Positions 19,812 through 24,839 of a stretch of DNA of 24,839 bases are shown here, in pieces. The notes under the pieces are model-generated. The model ran no database searches. It was not told the DNA's origin and was given only the letters and a program-made list of their open reading frames with translations. The DNA is from Azolla caroliniana (Eukaryota; Plantae; Polypodiophyta). The stretch covers positions 1 through 24,839 of the forward strand of contig JBHGNT010000447.1 in the NCBI GenBank assembly GCA_043228905.1. The letters are read 5' to 3'. Position numbers and translations under genes: made by a program. The number at the start of each line of letters is the position of its first letter. The stretch's first letter is position 1.

Positions 19812-22301
19812 CGGTCAAATAGCTTCTCGGCCTCCTCTGCATCTAGCTCTCCCATGCACAATCTTTCCCACTCACCCATAGTGGCAGATGACATCTTCAA
19901 TTACAAACTTGCATACGACCACGGTGGTCTTGTTTGTCAATGTCTGGCCTTCCACCTGGCTCGTCAGATTTTCCCTTGCTAGCACCAGGTACCACATTTG
20001 CCCTACTCCCATCGGCATCATCACCAAGTCGACCATCCACTTGAAGTGTATGGTTGACAGGTTGGTCGGGTGCAACTTGTCACAGTGTTGAACCACCGAG
20101 TGCATTTGGCAGCATTCGCACGTCGACATGAAGTGGTGCACGTCCTTGTAAATTCCTGGCCGCCAGTACTTCTCCTTTAGCTTCTCGAATGTGTCCCATG
20201 TACCTTGATGTCTGGACCAAGGGCTCTCGTGGAACTCCTTCGTCAACATTGTTTGGTCTTCAGTTTGCATCGCTACCCGTAGTGGCGCACTGTTCCGCTT
20301 CTTTGGATGTCGCCAGATTTTACAGCTTCATAGGAAGAATTTGTACGCCTTCTTCCAGAGTCGACTCGCTTCCTCCCTTGTCCATGACGTGTCCGCTGTC
20401 ATCGTGCTTAAGAATCTTCCGATTAGAAGCCACTCCCTGTTGTAGTTGTTCTCATAGAACTCGTTCAGGGGGGGATTGCTTCACCTGCTTACCTTCATCC
20501 GGGCCGATTTGAAGAAGTTCGCGCTGACTTCTTCGTTTCCCAACACCATGTTGTCCTCGTTCTCGAACCTCGCTCTTGAAAGCATGTTGGCCATGGCGTT
20601 GTCCTTTCCGGAAAGATGATGTATTTCTGTGTTCAAGGACTTGATGTACGCAATCCATCTAAGCATCGCTAGATCTAGAGTTACGCATCCGGAAACCATA
20701 CCGAGAATTGGTAGGAAGTCCGTCTTTATAATCACTTATGTCCTGATTAACTAGTCTGTGTCGTCTTTAACCGCCCAAACGATACCCCATAGTTCGTGCT
20801 TAACTTGGGCATATCCTCGTTGCCGCTCTCTCAACACCTTGGTGCGGAACCAGATGGGAAAACGCGCGCCACTCTCATCTTCCTAATTTACCACCCATCC
20901 GATGCCGGTCAGGCGGGTGTCCACTGTGATGTAAACCGGAGTGTCCGGTTAGTATACGGCTTGTCGTAGAGTCGGTGCAGCCGCCAATATTTCCTTTAGT
21001 CTCTGGACCGCCTCTGTGTGTTCTTCGCCTCATTCGTACTTCTTGCCTTTCTTTAGCAAGCCGTAGAGCAGCTTGGCAATATGCGCATAGTGCGGAATTC
21101 AGATATGGTAGAAGGCGCATGCTCCCATGAACCACCGGACCTCCATGATAGATCCACACTCTTCTTTCATGGCCGAGATGACGTCTACCTTCGTTGGGGA
21201 TAGTTTTCGGCCATATGGCCCGCACAACTGGTCGACCACTAAGATTTTTGGTAGCTTGAAAGCCGACTTCCCCATGGAGAAGGTAAGCCGAACGCCCTGA
21301 AGCCTCTGTAGTATCTTCTCATAGTCGGAGATGTGGTTCACAACAAACCTTTGGCATCTGTTTGCTTCGATCGACTTGTCCTTTGTGTCCTCTCGACACC
21401 CTTTGATAGGAATGTCGTCCAGGAATGACATGGTGATGTCCGGGATGCAGTCCCTCAGTACTTTGTTCATCACATTCACCATGTGTGCCACCGAATTGGT
21501 CCCTCATTGAGGTAGGGTACACATCTGAACTAGGCCAAGAGGGGTTTGCATCATCGTGATGTCCCTGCTTTCGACGACTAGTTGGAATTGGTCGTACCCC
21601 GAGTACAGGTCTCTGACCGAGTATATGAACCTTCCCGCAAAGGCCTCCGCGAATTCGTCGATTGACGACCCGACTCCCGTATTGTGAATGGCCACTTTAT
21701 TGACTGGCTGCAAGTTGTTGGGAAATCGGTCTCTCTAGATGGGATCCGGTGATGAATGAAGAGGACCCGGTGAGAACCGGAAGAGATGACATATTTGTAA
21801 ATATGTTTTGAGTAAGCCTATTGAGGCTACATTTGTAAATAGCCCTAAGTTCATATAAGTATAAATATGACTTAGGGCAATCACTTTAGAGATAGCTGTG
21901 CGTGTGGTGTTGTCATATTGTTGTATGTGTATAACTGTTGTATAGATTGAGAGAGAGAGAGTGTGAGAGTAGCTACGAGAACTTTCTGTTGTGACCGCCG
22001 TCTGGCGAAGATCGCGAGCACGAGGTCGTTGCCTCTGTGTCTCCACTTTGTATTCCCTCTCATATAGTGACAACTCGGAGTTTGTGGGCTCCCGTGGTTT
22101 TTTCATATTTGGGTTTTCCACGTAAACATCCTGTGTACCCTCTATTGTTTGTGTGTACGTGCGTTCTCTCCTCATTTCCCATTTCTGTGTTTGATTCTCA
22201 TTGAAGTGATTGAAGACTCGGTTGTTGCCAAGCAATATTCCACACTTTTCTCTTCACAAGTCCTGAATGAAGCGCAATGAGTTGTTCTTAATTGGTACCG
22301 T
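19812..22301 (-). pseudogene. Ty3/gypsy pol (RT, RNase H, integrase N-terminal half), degenerate and split by a solo LTR
   Basis: TVPIKNNSLRFIQDL|QPVNKV reads through once the solo LTR and one TSD copy are removed. RT motifs: DLYSGYDQ, TPLGL, LPQ*GTNS, FLDDIPIKG. RNase H: ELWGIV, TDFLPI, GKDNAMANMLSR. Integrase: H..H..KYWRPG..CECC, WMVDL. Domain order is RT-RH-IN. Confidence 0.9.
21716..22256 (+). mobile_element. Solo LTR (541 bp) related to the copia A/B LTRs
   Basis: TGTTGGGAAA...TCTTCA termini and perfect TSD CAAGT (21711-21715 and 22257-22261). Shares CCGGTGAGAACCGG, GTATAAATATGA, GAGGTCGTTGCCTC and GGGTTTTCCACGT blocks with the other LTRs. No adjacent PBS or PPT. Confidence 0.93.
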
Positions 22302-22558
22302 TGTCACCAAGTTTCGCGTGCGTGTGTCGCTTGAACGGGAGCGCCAGGGCCTTGGATCGGGGAGACAAAAGTAGTGAGGAAGTGGGAGATTAAGACAAAG
22401 AAATGGGGAAATATACATAATTTATGATATAAAATAGGGTTTAAACAATAGTTAGGCTTAATACCATGACTTTTGTGGTTTTTTTTATACATAGAATCAG
22501 TTTCATGATTAATAAAAAACGACTATGAATCAAAACGGGTTTTTGTTTTCTTTACAAT

Positions 22559-22960
22559 TGTTAGGGAAAATCCACCACTATGTGCGGATCGTGAGGCGGA
22601 ACCGTTGGGGTTATGGACTGGAAGGAATTAGGGCTCATACGCATAACACAAGCAAGATTTACACATAAGACGCATAGGTGAAACAAAACATTAGTTTATT
22701 GCAAAATAATAGATTCTTTTATAATATAAGAATCATGTTACAACGGGTTGGATGTGAATATGAAGGATTGTTTACAAAGGAATGGGGGACGAGAGGTGGA
22801 GAAAAGAAGAGAGTGGAATATAGAAGGAGTTTCTTTGTTGATAATGCCTCTTCATGTTGTTGATTCTTCTTCTTACGCTTTCCAATTGAGTATAGCTTCC
22901 GCGTTCCTTCTCCCTCCCCCCCTTCTTGACTAGAATAGGCTTTTATTTATAGGTTTATGA
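22559..22960 (-). repeat. Possible partial LTR of another element
   Basis: Minus strand has CCTATAAATAAAA (~22941-22953) and ends ...TTTTCCCTAACA at 22559. No partner copy or TSD was found. Confidence 0.3.
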
Positions 22961-22994
22961 TTGCTTGCCTTTTTCCCCTCACTATTTTTGTTTT

Positions 22995-24071
22995 CTAGCA
23001 CCAAATTTCACATGCAAGATATTCTTGGAAAGCTTTCTTATGATCTTTGTAACGGTGTCCTCTCATGTGAGGGTTGGATATTGTGATCAAATACCAAAGA
23101 ATGCCCTTCGAATTCACTTCATTCTTTTGGTCATCGTCATCCACCATTGTGCTTTGTTTGACTTCTTCCTCATATGCATTAGCTTTGACCTTTGCATCCT
23201 TGCCGCCACCTTCCTTCTCTTGGGTCTTAATTTGGTTTGGGTATGTCTCTTCGGTGATGGCCCTTTCTCCACCGACCGATATGTCCCCGTCCACCTTTGC
23301 CATGTCATCCATAGCCATCTTCATCCTAACGCCGTTGTCCTCAATTGTTCTTTTGGTCGGCTTAATTTGCTGTGACATCTCAGTTGCTATTGGAGCCTTC
23401 CATCTTTGAACTATCGACCACGCCATGTCGGAATCATCTAGCCATCGATGACGCTTGTCAAGCCTGTCACATGCTCTTCTTACCTCAACCCAATATGTTA
23501 TGAGACCATTGGGTTGTGTTTCATCCTCTAATAGACTAACTAGTTCTCGTCAATCGTTCACATCCACTGCCTTTAAGAAGTATAGAACCTTATCTTCTTC
23601 GAGAAACATCTGGTCGGTGCTTGGGAGATGATTGTACATTTGCTCGAATTCATTGTACAACCCCAATGCATTCATGTTCTTCCCCTTCTTCTTGATCCAC
23701 CTCATCAACGTGTGTCGCGTCATCCTCGATGGGTCTTCAAGCATATATTCAGCCAAAAGTGCCCTTTCAAATCCCAACCATGTTGTTTGGGTGGCTTGAA
23801 TTTCTGTCATACGGCCTTCTAACCCATTTGCCACGACACGCTTGAAGCTTGATATTTGTTTCTCTTCGATGACATCTCGTTGTTGCATCTCTATCTTGTA
23901 TATGACGAGGAAATCCGTAATATTTCTTCCGCCAAATTGGCCCGCTATCTCAATGGTCCGGTCGATGGCATTGTCTAATCTTGAATCATTATCTCGGCCT
24001 CTCATCATTTGCTAGACAATAGCCACCAACTTCACCACTTCGTCAGCTTGGGTGTTTGTCGAAGAAGCCAT
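22995..24071 (-). pseudogene. Ty3/gypsy gag-like ORF (359 codons, two in-frame stops)
   Basis: MASSTNTQADEVVKLVAIV*QMMRG...FGGRNITDFL...WLGFERALLAEY...FLKAVDVND*RELVSLLED, a single frame from 24071 to 22995. It begins about 45 nt downstream of a PBS and is on the same strand as, and upstream of, the gypsy pol. Confidence 0.75.
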
Positions 24072-24115
24072 CTTCTAATCTTCTATTTCAAGCACTTGAT
24101 CCTTCCTACCGCGTC

Positions 24116-24133
24116 TTCACGTTGGGTTCACCA
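24116..24133 (-). other. Primer-binding site complementary to tRNA-Trp
   Basis: Minus strand reads TGGTGAACCCAACGTGAA. The + strand TTCACGTTGGGTTCACCA matches 17/18 nt of the plant cytosolic tRNA-Trp 3' end as recalled (TTCACGTCGGGTTCACCA). Confidence 0.78.
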
Positions 24134-24279
24134 CTTCACTTTTTTTTGGCACATGCCGAAGGATGTGCGGTTTGGTGGGGGTGGATGTCGTGGTGTGGCG
24201 TGTTCAGTGTGAGAAAGAGCGAGGTTCCACACACATCTCATAAAGCTATGTATAAATGAAAAATAATAATAATAGATAA

Positions 24280-24408
24280 CTTATAGTAGCCTAATGGTTA
24301 GGCCTAATAAGTATATATAGAGAGGTTTAGAGTTCAAGTCTCTCTTGGTGCAAACCAAGGAGTATTTTGTTCCCCTTTCTTTCTTGTGACAAAGGAAATA
24401 AAAAAAAA
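24280..24408 (+). mobile_element. Degenerate tRNA-derived SINE-like element or tRNA pseudogene
   Basis: A-box TAGCCTAATGG (24287-24297) and T-arm AGAG-TTCAAGT-CTCT (24329-24343) at canonical tRNA spacing. TGGTGCA acceptor-like end at 24346-24352 and A-rich tail 24396-24408. Confidence 0.45.
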
Positions 24409-24505
24409 GCATGTAATGTTAATATAGGTGCCTCTGTCCTCTATAAGAGGGGAGGAATAAGGCTTATTATGGGGTCACTCATTTTGTCTTCTAGGCGTGT
24501 ACCAC

Positions 24506-24604
24506 TAGGGTTTCATCTTCTCTTCTTCTTCTAGGGTTAGGGTTTGAGAGCTTCTTCTTTTCTCCTCAACATACTAGAGGACTCAGGATTTTAGGGTTTG
24601 AGAG
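24506..24604. promoter_or_regulatory. Cluster of telo-box-like motifs (TAGGGTTT / AAACCCTA)
   Basis: TAGGGTTT at 24506, 24538 and 24592, interspersed with CTT-rich tracts. TAGGGTTTGAGAG is duplicated. Function is not shown. Confidence 0.35.
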
Positions 24605-24839
24605 TTTTGCTTCTAGTATTCTACTTCTTACTCGTCATATTTTAGCATCTCAGTGGTAGCCAACTCGGTCGCTCGATTCGGAATAGCCCTCGTGCCACTA
24701 CAATCTCCCATCCGCAACAAACCACTGAGTTGGCTACTAGATAGATGCCAAAATATCCTGACGCGACCCCCTTCATCCGCTCCCAGTTGTCCTCCGGTAA
24801 GGGAGCCACGACTAGTCTCACCTTTCGGTCCATAGTCTT

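Noticed and set aside
24280-24352. Functional tRNA gene
   Set aside because: The acceptor stem (CTTATAG / TTGGTGC) and anticodon arm do not pair. It is kept only as a SINE-like relic.

Overview
This window is a nest of eukaryotic transposable elements, most likely from a land plant (the element families resemble those of non-seed plants, which is inference only). No host gene is recognisable. From left to right: (1) a decayed 3' end of an RTE-like LINE (about 1-560, +); (2) about 3 kb of unassignable AT-rich DNA; (3) a 5'-truncated L1-clade LINE (4004-9368, -) with poly(A) tail and a 17-bp target-site duplication (TSD); (4) a Ty1/copia copy with 5' LTR, PBS and gag-PR-IN, cut off after the integrase core (9945-12745); (5) a second, internally deleted copy of the same family with both LTRs, PBS, PPT and ATTAT TSD (13353-16267); (6) a DDD-type DNA transposase pseudogene, Sola1/DUF7869-like, with an extra C-terminal domain (about 16600-19036); (7) a short + strand Ty3/gypsy RNaseH-IN fragment abutting a - strand gypsy pol of a different lineage (19812-22301), which is interrupted by a copia solo LTR with CAAGT TSD (21716-22256); (8) a gypsy gag pseudogene preceded by a tRNA-Trp primer-binding site; (9) a tRNA-derived SINE-like relic. 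All coding regions are defective. I see no convincing new biological system. The best leads are the Sola-like transposase and its extra domain, the tRNA-Trp PBS, and the hairpin-rich, copy-number-variable copia LTR. All coordinates and counts were read by eye.
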